NCBI GenBank assembly: GCA_040954595.2
Contig: CM082578.2
Span: 6,557,519-6,621,518 of the forward strand
Direction: 5' to 3'
Length of the DNA stretch: 64,000 nt
Source: Balanoglossus misakiensis
Lineage: Eukaryota > Animalia > Hemichordata
Numbering within the stretch: the stretch's first letter is position 1; the number at the start of each line of letters is the position of its first letter. The translations under genes were made by a program, and so were the position numbers. Below the pieces are notes generated by a model. The model was not told where the DNA came from. It searched no databases and was given only the letters and a program-made list of their open reading frames with translations. This document shows positions 31,880 to 44,300 of the stretch, piece by piece.

Positions 31880-33114
31880 CTGTCGGTTGATACATGTAAT
31901 TCAATGCAGTGATAAACAGATAAACATATTTTTAAAATTTACACAATTCCTGGTCCAGATATCTGGAAGACGAAAACTTTGTTGCTTCAACTGTAATCGC
32001 CAACATCCTTGACAAGTCTGGCGTGGGATTTTCAGTTGCCTGGGACTACACTATGAATAACTTCAATACTAGAGGGTATGTATCAGGAGTCAACGGTCAA
32101 ATAGATTTTCCTTTCAACAACGGTGAAGATAAGCATAAGACAATCATATACACTATTGGAAATTTGGATGCGCAATACACTAGTAATTATTAAACAAAGA
32201 ATTTGTGCTAATGCCATGAAATACTCCAAAAATTAGTATATCGATGCGTTTACATTAATTTCCGTTCACATGTCGATTTTTTTGTTTTTCTGTATGTAGA
32301 GTGACGTATGGCACCGTATGGGCTTTCCAGGATTATATGAACACTCAGTATGATGTTGACCAGGTAAGGAATCAAACTTTTCCACTTGCTTTGTGATCTC
32401 TCAAATGGAACTTTCGACTTAAAATTTAATTTCAGCAAGTGCCACTTGGCCTAGTCCTGCTTACAGGTCTGCGTGATTCAGGCGTTACACGGCCTGGTGG
32501 AGGCCGTGTAATGCCGGGAACATACATATCTGTACACAGGGCCACACTTGGTCTAACTCATCATCTTGACACTCGACTCTTTTGATGTAGAAAAAATGAA
32601 TGGATACACACGAATACTATAATTTGTGTATTGTGCTGTCCCAAGGACAAATTGAACGTGTACATTTCATAGAAATCTGTTTGCCTGTATTCCTTCACGG
32701 TTTTCATTCGCCAATTTTACTCCTTATCTTATAAACGAGTTTTAATCGAATAGTGTATAACACCGCTACATTCAGTAAACGCTTCATTTTCAGCTGAACA
32801 TGTTCGGATCTAGAAATCATGACATGTCGTCAACTGCTGCAAGCGAATTCTATGACGCTGTACAGAGGGTGGAAACCAACCGAGATTGGATGACCCGGAA
32901 CAGGGACAGCATGAAAGCTTGGCTTCTGCAAGTGACGTCCACTCAAGCTTCCAGTGCTCCCACAGAGGGCGCTAAAGCAAATGTTCCGAAGCCGAATGTA
33001 TCGTCCAATCAGCTACGTGATCCCGACTCGCTTATCGTGGACGGAAAGTTTGAAGGGCGCCGGGCACCAAGAGTTGCCGAAGGAATGTACCGCTTGCAGA
33101 ATCAGCACCTGTAA
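24655..33114 (+). CDS. M1 aminopeptidase N-like gene D, 17 coding exons
   Basis: Starts [43 protein letters not shown]. Motifs FPCFDEP, GAMEN, HELVHMW..NEGFA and FDTITYSKG. Same exon structure as B/C. Stop TAA at 33112-33114; AATAAA at ~33306. Confidence 0.94.
27232..27383. repeat. (CAT)n trinucleotide microsatellite, intronic
   Basis: Tandem array between the HELVH and WFGN exons of D. Confidence 0.96.
30535..30600. mobile_element. Tiny degenerate palindromic MITE (TAG-type termini)
   Basis: tattctggtcccctgccc...gggcaggggactagacta, flanked by the imperfect direct repeat tccctggaac/tccccagaac. Confidence 0.5.
31734..31878. repeat. (GAT/GAC)n microsatellite, intronic
   Basis: Tandem array. 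Confidence 0.96.
32452..32544. mobile_element. ~95-bp palindromic MITE, degenerate inverted copy of 35056-35155
   Basis: tagtcctgcttacaggtctgcgtg...ctgtacacagggcca, with flanking 9-mers cacttggcc/cacttggtc. Confidence 0.7.
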
Positions 33115-33484
33115 ACATTTAGCTCTTGTTTTCGCCTTGGCGTTAAAACACACGTCGTAATACAGGCAAAACAGCTACATTACTTCCATGTTTCAATACT
33201 TGTATGCCACTGTTTGTTAAAAGTTGGACCATCAAAGCACAGATAATTCAACTGAAACATGACATAACATAACTTAACATTACATAACGTACCATATAAC
33301 ATAGGAATAAAATAATTTCAACTTTCAGACATCAAGAATGGGTCACCAATTAAAGAGAACTAAAATGCTTTCAGAATGTCTCCTGTTGTCAACCTCCAAG
33401 TCACACCCGGTACCCCCCCCCCCCAGTGATGCGACATCCTCCCATTCCGTAAAAACGTTCTTTCTTTCTCGTCTCTCTATTTCT

Positions 33485-33525
33485 CCGTCTCTCTCTCTCT
33501 CTCTGTGTTTGTTTGTTTGTTTGTT

Positions 33526-33582
<57 letters not shown>
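33485..33582. repeat. (CT)/(GTTT)/(GTCT) compound microsatellite
   Basis: Tandem arrays. Confidence 0.9.
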
Positions 33583-33585
<3 letters not shown>

Positions 33586-34919
33586 CCCCTCTCTCTTGTC
33601 TATAACATTAACTCCCGGTGTGTGTTGGTTCATAAGGCCCAGAAATCGACTGAGGAGATTATGAAATAATGTCCATCTACATGTAAAACCAAGGTGGTGT
33701 TTTTACACATTATAACAGCCTAGACAATTGTCTCAAGGGATGTAAGTATCCCCTCGTTTCTAACTGAACAAATATCCAGCTAACAGCCCCCTTCCCCCTT
33801 CGCGTTCAAGTCGGACGCATTCAATACTCACTCGACTTCAACAATAACTGTGGCCTATTGGCCTACATGTTATTGACGCCTACAAAGTGGCGGTGTACTT
33901 GTTTCAAGATATTTTCATGGCCATTCGTAATATCAAATCCTAGACCCTGGGGGATCAAATTGAGGTTACGTCGCTGGCTTCACCCAGCAAGAGATGCAGG
34001 GGTTTCTTTTCACACTTATATCACAGAAATAAATAATTTCCCGAATTATGGCCGATACGATGTACTGGTCAAATATCACTGAGGTAAAGTTTAACGGATA
34101 ATAAGCCTATTGTAAACCAGCACGAATTGTTATCGATAATTTACCCAATGTTTACACCACTGGTGGCAGGTACGTGAATGTTCAAAATGCATGAAGGTTC
34201 AGCTAGCTTGTGAGGTCTGAAAGCTTCATTCTTCTCAACCCCCGGATTTATTTTGATTTGTGGTTGCGTCAATTGCCTTTGCTCGTGTAATTTTTCCTTG
34301 TTCGTGTCAAGAAGACATGTTACGCTCACATGTGGTATCTTTGATACCCGGATATTTGTTGATAGTTTGCGCGGCAAAGAGTACTTGACAAAGTAAGAAT
34401 TGGCCGAAATTTCTTTGGGTATCGCCTTCCAGTCGACGACTGCTCCAGAAGGCGACCTGATATTAGATGCCACCATTATCAGCTGCATCCAACAGGATTG
34501 CCCCCATTATATTCAGGTCAATTGGTTGGCACACCCCGAGGACGCGGCCACACGTGGAGTCGAGGAGCGTAAGATAACTGCTCTACAGTCAGCAGAAGGT
34601 GACTGGCGAGAAGGAAACACACTCAGCAAGGAAAACGATCTGGAGATGAGAAAACAGCCAGAAAAAAAATGTCAGAACCTTCTGAAGATTTGTCTGCATA
34701 AATAAGATTGTAGGCTATACTGGAGTGTTTACGTCACACCCATATACATGTCCATTAAATGTAAGAGAAAGCGTTAAAGTAGCCCAGTAGCTTGTGTAAT
34801 CTGATCGCTATCAAATGTTGACCCGGTTCATCTTGTCGTTAACATCAGCAGGCAATAGGTTCGCATGTGGCAAAACAGATGTTCAGATCCAGAGGGCCCC
34901 CGGCCACAAACTCTTCACA

Positions 34920-35600
34920 GACTATACGCCGTCCGCACTGCCAGTCACATGCGGACACAGGGTCAAATGGTGACACTCGGTACAACGTCCTTTTCCTCCC
35001 GAACTGCCTTTTGGACATATCAGCTTCACGTCAAAACCGTGAGTATCAGAAGTCATAGCCCTGCCTGCATACAGGTCTGCGTGCTCCCGGCGTTACACGG
35101 GCTCCACCGGCACCGCGTGTAACGCCGGGAGCACGCAGACCTGTATGCAGGGCTACAGAACTCACAGTAACGTTGTCGTTCGCCGTTCGCCGGTATATCG
35201 AGTCGCCCCTCCCCTTCCCTTCCCATGTGGGCGGTGTGTATTGGACTGGCCAATTCGTGTCCTTGTAGATATCGAAGTCAAGTTCAAACACACAGTGAGG
35301 GTGGATTTGCCAAAGACGGTGCTTTTCCGGCGATTTGCGCGAGAGAGTGAAGATTACGTTACTCTCACTGAAGCAGGGCACGGCATTTCCTGAGTATTTC
35401 ATCGCACTGCCGTTTGCTTTCTCCGCTTCTCCGGGGGTGGGACATGGGGAATGTCAACTATTTCGTTTACACTTGTTTTCTTCGAGGAATTTAACCAATT
35501 CGGGGGTCAGCGGGATGTCGTGCGGTCCGTGGGATCCACATCTGATCAGGGCATAGTAGTTTTCAATAACACCCACTCGAAAGTGGAACCATTAACGCGG
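34920..35600 (-). pseudogene. Probable decayed coding sequence of unknown family, interrupted by a MITE
   Basis: GC-rich frame WFHFRVGVIENYYALIRCGSHGPHDIPLTPELVKFLEENKCKRNS*HSPCPTPGEAEKANGSAMKYSGNAVPCFSES..NDNVTVSS. Removing the 35056-35155 MITE and one target duplication lets the frame continue DTHGFDVKLICPKGSSGGKGRCTECHHLTLCPHV. Confidence 0.4.
35056..35155. mobile_element. 100-bp palindromic MITE, perfect 35-bp stem, TAG...CTA termini, 9-bp target-site duplication
   Basis: ctgcatacaggtctgcgtgctcccggcgttacacg is the exact reverse complement of cgtgtaacgccgggagcacgcagacctgtatgcag; flanks are cagaagtca/cagaactca. Confidence 0.8.
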
Positions 35601-35606
35601 CTGTCA

Positions 35607-35939
35607 TTAAAGCCTCAAGAGCTGCCACTTTTTTGCATTATTCATAATTTCGTTTTCCATGCTAGATTTGTCCATCTAAAAAGCTTACTGATGGGTATAC
35701 ATGGACATTTTATCGACACCCGATTGTGGCTGTATGTTGCATGTTCAACAAGCTTAGTGAGATATTAAACGGGTGCCGTACCCGTGTAATCGGCCTCCAC
35801 ACAAAGAGTACACATGAACTATCATGGTATGCGTCGCCAGGAGATGACAAACTGATGCAAATACAAGCAATGTGGCTTAATGGTGGTTATTCTAAATAGT
35901 AGGGAGAAGATTTGAAGTATTTGGATCATAGGGCTTTAA
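35607..35939. mobile_element. Possible TTAA-flanked (Kolobok-like) non-autonomous element; its left end recurs at ~60549-60600
   Basis: ttaaagcctcaagagctgccacttttttgcattattcataatttcgttttcca matches aaagcctctagagctgccactttttgcatcattttcatgatttcattttcca at 60549. Right end is gggctttaa. Confidence 0.4.
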
Positions 35940-37329
35940 TGAAAGATGAAACGTACGGCTATACATGTAGCATCATTTCTGTTTTGTCTTGTCTCTTTTA
36001 CAGAAAGTTATGAAGTTATGAAATTGGATATTTACCCAAATCGATCACCCGATGAAATAAGCTTATTTTCCGATAATTTCTTTATGTTACACCACGGACA
36101 TAATATTTAGGGGTGGAAATGAATTATGTATATAAAAACTCAGTTTGCTATATATGTTGCGGTAAACTCAAATGGGGTTGCGTTTAATGTTTGGTCTTCA
36201 TACCGATGACAGCGGTTCTGTGGCAGTTTTATGACAGAACGGCGTCAGATTTGCAGCCTGTAAAATGTCATTACTATAATTGAACAACCCTTGCTTATAG
36301 CGACAGTGGTATTACATCGTACAAAATAGGGAAAGTGCCGGGAATGTTGTTTCATCCGCTGTCAGTTTAGCTCAAATGTAATCAACCAACTCTAGGATAG
36401 TCCTGTACAGTGTACATTCAGTATTCTACGTGGCTATCAGACACTCATTTAGGTAAATTTGGCCCCTGAATCTGGATATCCAAACAAACCCATTCAGAGG
36501 AAGGAATCAATTGAGTTGTCGGGTCGATCAGTTCCTACCCGTGAGGGATCGTAGCGGCCATGATAATTTCCCAAAAGGACAATCTGCGGATGAACATACG
36601 TCAGACGACGACAACGACGAAGTCGACTGCCAACTAAAATGGCCGGTATTATCATCTGTGGTACTATACTGGCCACCTGTGGTTTGGGATGCCTTGCCGC
36701 CAAGAAGGCAGCCGGGTGAATATGTTGTACTTCTGTGTCGTGTACACACACAGCGGAAGGTCGACTTTGATCGCATTTCCACTGATAATAATCGTTCACT
36801 ATCCTGACTATTCATTAACAATATTAAATTCATTTTACGTTGCTAGCTTGTTCGTAATTTACAACTCAATGTTACTGCGATAGGAGTGGTTCAGCGAGGA
36901 GCTGGCTCAGTAAAGTCGCCTCAGTGGACCAACACAATTTATCCACCGACGTTTAAGTAGAAAAAAGCAGGATTTCAAGTGGTTGCTTGATCAGAGTCAT
37001 CCCCAAATTGAGTGACTTGGCCCCTTCAGTCAAAATATCTGCAAAATTAATAATCAATTGAGTGTCATGACCAAAAGTTGATTATTGATATCAAACTTAT
37101 TCTATGTACATTCCACGTCACGTGCATTTGTTGCACGCGCCCCAGTACTCCTATGTGATTTTGAGTAGTTTGCCTCGAAAAGCGTGATGACACGCGTAGG
37201 ACTGAACATCACACACTATTTCGCCTCACACACAACGCACGCATACCTTCCCTTTGCGTATCGCGTAGCCTGCGCCCGGAGCCTGCGTAAGAAAGATGTA
37301 ACCATTTCCACCAAAAGTTACCGTTATGC

Positions 37330-37575
37330 ATTGTATTGTATCATGTATTGTATTGTATTGTATTGTATTGTATTGTACTGTATTGTATTGTATTGTATTG
37401 TATTGTATTGCATCGTATCGCATCGCATCGCATCGCATCGTATCGTATCGTATCGTATCGTATTGTATTGTATTGTATTGTATTGCATCGCATCGCATCG
37501 CATCTCATCGTATCGTATCGTATCGTATCGTATCGTATTGTATTGAATTGAATTGTATTGTATTTAATTGTATCG
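37330..37575. repeat. (TTGTA/TCGTA/TCGCA)n compound pentanucleotide microsatellite
   Basis: Tandem array. Confidence 0.95.
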
Positions 37576-38365
37576 CACCGCACCAATGGTTATCGAGGCA
37601 CATTCTACATTAATGTGCAGCGTGCTACATCAACTTCACAAACACGAGCGGAATAAAAATTACACAACGCGCTGCTGAGTATATTTGCATTGCAAGTTTA
37701 TGTTCACCAGTTCACATTAAGGCAAGTCTGTCGCAGATCTTTGCTACAGGTGACCTTTGGTATCTTGATCAGATTTGGTGTTATCGGGCAAAGTTGCTTT
37801 CATAAGTAGGTGCGGTTCTGCGGTTGTCGGGCGGGAGGGGGTGGTCGGGGTGGCTGTGTAAGTGTATATATCTGTACTGTAGTAGCAACGTGATCTGTCC
37901 GAAGCAAAAAAAGTCAATATCTTCTGAACAGTTGCATTTGAAGAGTATTTTTTGCATAAGTCATGATCTTTGAGAGCTGACAAACTCTTTCACAATTGTT
38001 GAAATCGTATTTTCTAGAAGCTTTCAGTTATTTGGAGCGGCAACAATCTTCCTTAAATTGTTGTGTTCTTTCCATAACCTTTTTCCGTTGACAATATATA
38101 TCCATACCTTTTTTTAATTTACATAATATGATGTGATAAAATGCGTACGTCTTTGCTGGGGAATATATGCGATAGTTGTATCGAGTTACAAAATCTCCGT
38201 GCAAACCCTCTCGCCACTGTGATCATTGGTGATCACCCTGTGTCAATAACGACAAATCTAGACCCCGGCTTAAACCCACACTACGACAATCAATCGCAGC
38301 TCTGCATAAATTCTGATAACTGTCTATGTCTCCACCTGTACAGCACTGAAGAAACAGACGACGAA

Positions 38366-41300
38366 ATGGCGGAGGGGAAGAAAGACCTGCCCAAGGGCTT
38401 CTATATGACGCAGAAAACGGCGGTCATCCTCGTCTTACTGTTCATCGTGGTAGTCGTTGGTGTGGGGCTGCTTGTATATTTCCTCCCCACCCAACAGTGC
38501 GAAGAAACGGTGCCAGAATGCGGTGCACAACTGCCGGCGGTGCCCGTGCAGCCCACGGAGGAGCCCCGGGCACCCTTCGACGAGCGCCTGCCCTACACCC
38601 TCTACCCAGAACACTACGAAGTCACCTTGACGCTGTATCTCGACGAGGAGGACGGCGAGAAGCGCTTCACGTTCGAGGGGAGAGAAAGCATCCGCCTGCA
38701 CTGCGACGAGTCCACCAGCGTCATCAAAATGAACAGCAGGTTTTTGGACGTCGAGGTCAAGTCGGATAACGCCATCGAAGTCCAGGAATTGTCCTCGGGC
38801 AGCGCCGTCGCCGTCAGCAGCGCGTACTTGGACGATTTGCACGAACTACTTGTTATCGAACTCGACGGTACCCTTGACGCCGGCAAATCCTACGAGGTGA
38901 AAATAAATAAATTTGGAGCCCAAATGGGAGACGCAAACTTCGACCAGTACGGAATGTATTACCAGTCGTACGACATATACGGTGAAACAAGGTATTTTTG
39001 GTTTTATTGTTGACTTTTGTGTTGTTCGTGTTAGTTTCTGCATATTCTGGCCCAACGGACAAGTGCCCGCTTTAATATTGATTCATTTTGATTGATAACC
39101 GGCGTTTATTAGAACAGGAGTTTATTTCTCATTATTTTCTATTATTTATGTAAGGTGTCCACATACTCGGCAGTCGTCAGTGTTCGGGGTGTGTCTATAT
39201 ACATACATGATATGGCAACACTCCAAATTTTGGTCGTCGGGCAATGTGCATATCAGTTGACTATGACCTATAACCATAAAATGCCATTTGCAGAATGACA
39301 TGCATAAACAATAGTCCTTTATAAGAATAAAGTACACAGCCTGGTGTTGTCATAACGTGAGTTACTCATTCCCCCCCCCCCCCGAGATTATTGATCGACA
39401 CCACGCATGCGCATAACACCTGGGGCTGTCAAACTCAATGACGACTGCACTATTTGTCCCATAGCCATATTTCTTCATCAGATAAATTAGATTTGTAGTT
39501 TACGGGATTCAAACTCACAACTTACCGTACCAATGCGCATAGCGAGTACTTCGGTGCACAAAAGCTCCCGAAGACAAATTCGCCAGTTAATAAAAGATGG
39601 TTCCAAATTTGACTGAGTTCAGATGTTGTAATCCTCACAAGAGCCGGGTTCTGTCAAAAAACGCGCACATTCACGCGAGCTGGCAATCCCCAACACATAC
39701 AAAATATAAGTTCAAACTAAAGCGGTGTTTCCACGTACATTTGTATACTCAGCCGAATTTCAGATAGATTCTGGAACAGCGCTGTCCACCAGCCGTATTA
39801 GCAACCTCAAGACAGAAAATAGACTGAAATCGAAATTGCTGACGACGTCAGAGAGACACATTTAGGGTTATAAAATTTATAGGGAAGTTGAAATAATATG
39901 CATGGATTGGTGATGGGTCCACAGCCTTTATACACAAAAGCTGAACAAAAACATCGACATCGCTTGACATAACTTTTGGTACTTAAACTCAGTTTCTTCT
40001 TTTCATCTCTCAACTGAAAGGGCGAGATTTATTCTCACTCTGAATGTACATGAAGTCAATTTTTGCATTGCACGATTTAGAATGTAAAAGACAATATGTC
40101 TTGCTGCACTTACGCCCAAGGTCTGGACAATCACAGCAGCGATGTTATGATCATGTTTCTGCTGCCCACTGATTCTGCAGGCGAGACTTACTTTATCACT
40201 GTCAGAAACGTCTGATAAAGAACAAGTACGTCAATGCTTGAAACAGGCAAATTGGCACTTCGTGCAAACGATAACACGCATTATCTATCATACCGTGTAA
40301 ATACCGACCAATAGAGATTCACGTGTGCAATTCGTGTCTACAGCTATTAAAATATTTGTTTATCTTGGATAGATATGATTATCTCGCAGTAATAACCGTT
40401 ACCTCCTGTAGCACCAATGTAGGGCTTCAAATATAGGGTCAGACGTGTGTCAGCTAATGTAGCACTAAACGTCTCCACTCCGCTTGACGAAAAATTATAG
40501 TTTGTGGGAGTTGCCACGCCGTATTTATTGAGAGACGTGACTTTGATTACAGCGATGTTACTATATTACAACACGCAGGTGAAATGAATTCTTACATTCT
40601 GCTGAAATTTCAGGTGGATTTGCAACACCAAGTTCACACCGAACTATGCGAGGGAGGTGTTCCCCAGCTTCGACGAGCCCCACTTCCGGGCGACCTTCGA
40701 CATGATACTGATTCACAGGAACAAGCGCTGGTCGAAGTCGAACATGCCGATCAAGGAGAATGTGACCCTTGACAATGACTGGGTGGAGACGCACTTTGAG
40801 ACAACGCCCAACATGGTGACCTATTTAGTCGTGGTAGTCCTGGCCGATTTCCCCTACATACATACCACAACAGAGAACGGCTGCGAGGTTAGAATGCTTC
40901 CTGGGGCCCGTATCTGCAATTTTCAGACATTTACTATTAGCTTCAGTCTTACTTCAATAAAAGGACAAATACTAACAATCCATGTCCGTTTTCAAAGATG
41001 CTAAAACGGATTGTCGATTGTTTCCAACTTAATTTAAACAAATTTTGAACTTTTATGTGATTATAAGGTATCCAGAAATAGCCCTAAATCAACTGAATTC
41101 TATGAAACTGCAATGACATTTTTTTGCAAATTACTTGTTTTGCAACGAAAATTTTAAAATTGCAGTTTTTACCAAAATGACTAACTAGAACCGCGAAATG
41201 TAAACTTTTTCAGGCTATTTCCAAGATCTTGTTAATCTTATCAGAAAGTTCCAATCTTATTTTCACTTTTCACGTGTTTTTCTTTGTGCATTAGTTCTAC

Positions 41301-44300
41301 GTCTGGGCGCGTGAAGATCATTTATACGCGGCCAATTACTCCCTCTATGCCGGCAGCGAAATACTGACATATTTCGAAGAATTAATTGATGTTCCTTATG
41401 GTCTTCCTAAAATGGGTAAGTTTTTTTTTTTTCAACCGAATGTGCAATACGAATACTTGTGCTTGGGGTTATAACTATAATGGACGGAGCACAAATTTGA
41501 GTTCAACACAACTTCAAAATTAAACGCTGTAAAATACAACAGGACTGAAAACAGGCATATAGAAATAAACCAGATACACATGTCTATAGCGGCCATTCAA
41601 GATACTTTTATTAAACTGGGCTTTACAGAGAAGTTGTCTTGTAAAATCCCATTTAGTGAAATCTCGTATTTGAAATTTAAAATCTCTTTTTTTAAATTTA
41701 AAATCTCATATTTAGTAAAATGACTTAAAATTTAACAAGCTTCGATTTTCACAAACAAACAATAATACCTTTTATGCATTTCCCTGCAGATATGATTGCC
41801 ATTCCAGATTATGCAGCGGGAGCCACTGAGTTCTGGGGCTGCGTCCTCTATCGAGAAAATCGCTTACTTTACGACGAAGACCTAAACAATGCGTACGACC
41901 AGCAGCGCGTCGCTGCCATTATTTCTCACGAGCTGGCTCACATGGTAAGCGACTGTTCTACTTACAGCCCTGGTTGGGGGGGGGGGGGTCGTCCGAGGCT
42001 AACACACAGCTGTATATTGGTTAAAGGATGGGTGTCGTCCCGTCTGCGGCTGCGCGTACGGGTCCAATAAGAAACAGTTTTGGTTTTAATAGCAAGTTAC
42101 ATTTTTTCTGTTCTTTTCAGTGGTTTGGAAACTACCTAACTTGTGATTGGTGGAGCGACATTTGGCTGAATGAAGGTTTTGCCTCTTTCTACGAATACCA
42201 TGGAGTTAATCACGTCCATCCAGATTGGAAAATGGTTTGTAATTTCCATCAACGACCATGTCTGTCTGTCAGCATCCATAAACCCACCCACCCACCCATC
42301 CAACCATCCATCCATCCAAATCCTCCTGATCTATCTATCTATCTATCTATCGGTCTACTGACACAAAAAAGTACAAACATACATGAATAAAACGATGAAC
42401 TTACGACAGGAAATACTAAAGGGGGCGAACGAACGTATACTCCGGTATATTTCACATTGACCCCCCCCCTCCCTCCTCATGCATGTTTGATGGAATATTC
42501 CCAAAAGAAGATCTCATGTGATTTGATGCATCGATTCCACAGGACCACCAGATCTTGAACCTCGATCTGGAGCCGGCATTCCGCGTTGACGCCAGTTCTT
42601 CGTCGGCCGTGCCGCTGATTCGACCGGTCACCGGATGGAGGGATGAAATCACCGGCGTGTTCGACACCACAACATACAGCGGAGTAAGTAACCTTCAGAT
42701 ACCTAGCGTTTAGAACAAAATTGCAAGGTATGTGGCCGGAGGTGTTGCCACGTTGGCTTTGCTGAGAAATATGGCCTTGAAAAAAATGAGATATGACAAG
42801 AAATTTGCAGGGATTCACTCACTCTGTAATTGATCTGCACCGGAAAGTCTGGATATGGAAAAGCGCGGGACATTTTTTTTCATGCACCTCAAAGATAGGC
42901 TGCTTCACCAAACGCGAGATGTCGTCATTACATGTACACTCCAACGTCTCCTGTCGTCGTTCGATAATTTGCTGACATTTTTTGAGATTTGCCTTTTCTT
43001 TCACAGGGTGCGTCCAGACTTCGCACTTTGCGGTCTTTTCTGGATGAAGACGTCGTTCACACGGCGATCGTCAATTATGTGAAAAATAATCTTTATACGG
43101 GCGTTGTGTCCGATCAGCTGTGGGAAGAATTAAGGAAGGTGAGGGAGTTTGGTCATTTCCTTCGGCTGGAAAAGTGGGTTGTGTTTTCTGTTTTCTGGAC
43201 AGCACAAAAGAAACATTCTTCGACCAAATCTCGTGAAAGGGGGTGGGGGTTCATTACCCCAAAACATGTCGATCAGATCATACTGTAAAACGGGTTATTT
43301 TCGCGATCAATAAATGTTCGTGAAATACGTGAGAGCCAAAACAACGTGAAAATAAAAAGTCGTGTACAAATGTTTTTCGGAGATAACGATGCAGTTAAAT
43401 ACCAGAACGCGAAAATTAATCCCCACGTAACAGTTGCCTGTTTTGATCGCGAAAATTTCCTGTCGCGAAAATTACCCGTTTTACAGTATACAAATACATG
43501 GTATAGCTTCTTGTCAATATGTTGTATGTTTTTCCGTGTTTTATATTTGGCTTACCAAGGCAGACGAGGGCCGGCGTAATACTAACGTGAAGCAAGTGAT
43601 GGACACCTGGTCCCTGCAACATGGACACCCCCTGGTCACTGTGAACAGAACCAGCGCCGCAGCTGCCCTCGTCACCGCGGAACATTTCCTGAGTGACCCC
43701 AACGACGAGGTTACCGACGAATACGACAGTCTGGGGTAAGTATCCCTACGACTTCAAATGATTTTGTTTGTTTAGCCTTTTAGCGTAGAGATCCAGGTTT
43801 AATCGACTATTTCTCTTTGTATTTCATGTTTTCCCCATACTTTATATACTTTCTGTTAGCTCTGTACTTGAAGATTTTGAAAATGTGGTCTAGTTTTCAA
43901 AATTCCTGTTCTCGTTTTCGTTTTGCTGAGATGCATGATTTCAATGTTTTTTACTCAAAGATGTGTAAATAAAAAAGACAATGGCTCCAGGAGATCTGTT
44001 AACGGCAATCGACAGCTGCAACGTGAACTGGAGAAAATACCTCAGCTTGGAGTTTTTATATTCACTTTTGTTTTCAAACAATAAGACTTAAACGTGTCAA
44101 CTAGCTGTAATGACGCCTCTTGACACGTTCAGTGTCAACTATCTTTTCCGTTTTCGTAAAAAAAAACACGTCCACCGCCACAATTCATTGAACAAGCTCT
44201 ATGTTGTTCTTACGGTCGTATGTAATATTCTTTTTTTTCAGGTACGAGTGGTTTGTTCCGTTAACATACACGTACGCATCGGACATCACTTTTGGCAATC

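Noticed and set aside
35056-35155. Perfect hairpin as a candidate pre-miRNA or structured ncRNA
   Set aside because: The flanking 9-bp duplication and a second dispersed copy identify it as a MITE.
38141-38365. 75-codon N-terminal extension of gene E in the ORF track
   Set aside because: Promoter-like sequence (TATA-like gcataaatt at ~38304); MAEGKK at 38366 gives a normal short cytoplasmic tail before the signal anchor.
38435-38886. Antisense ORFs over aminopeptidase exons (also 5322-5672, 24865-25086)
   Set aside because: Shadow ORFs from GC3-rich codon usage.
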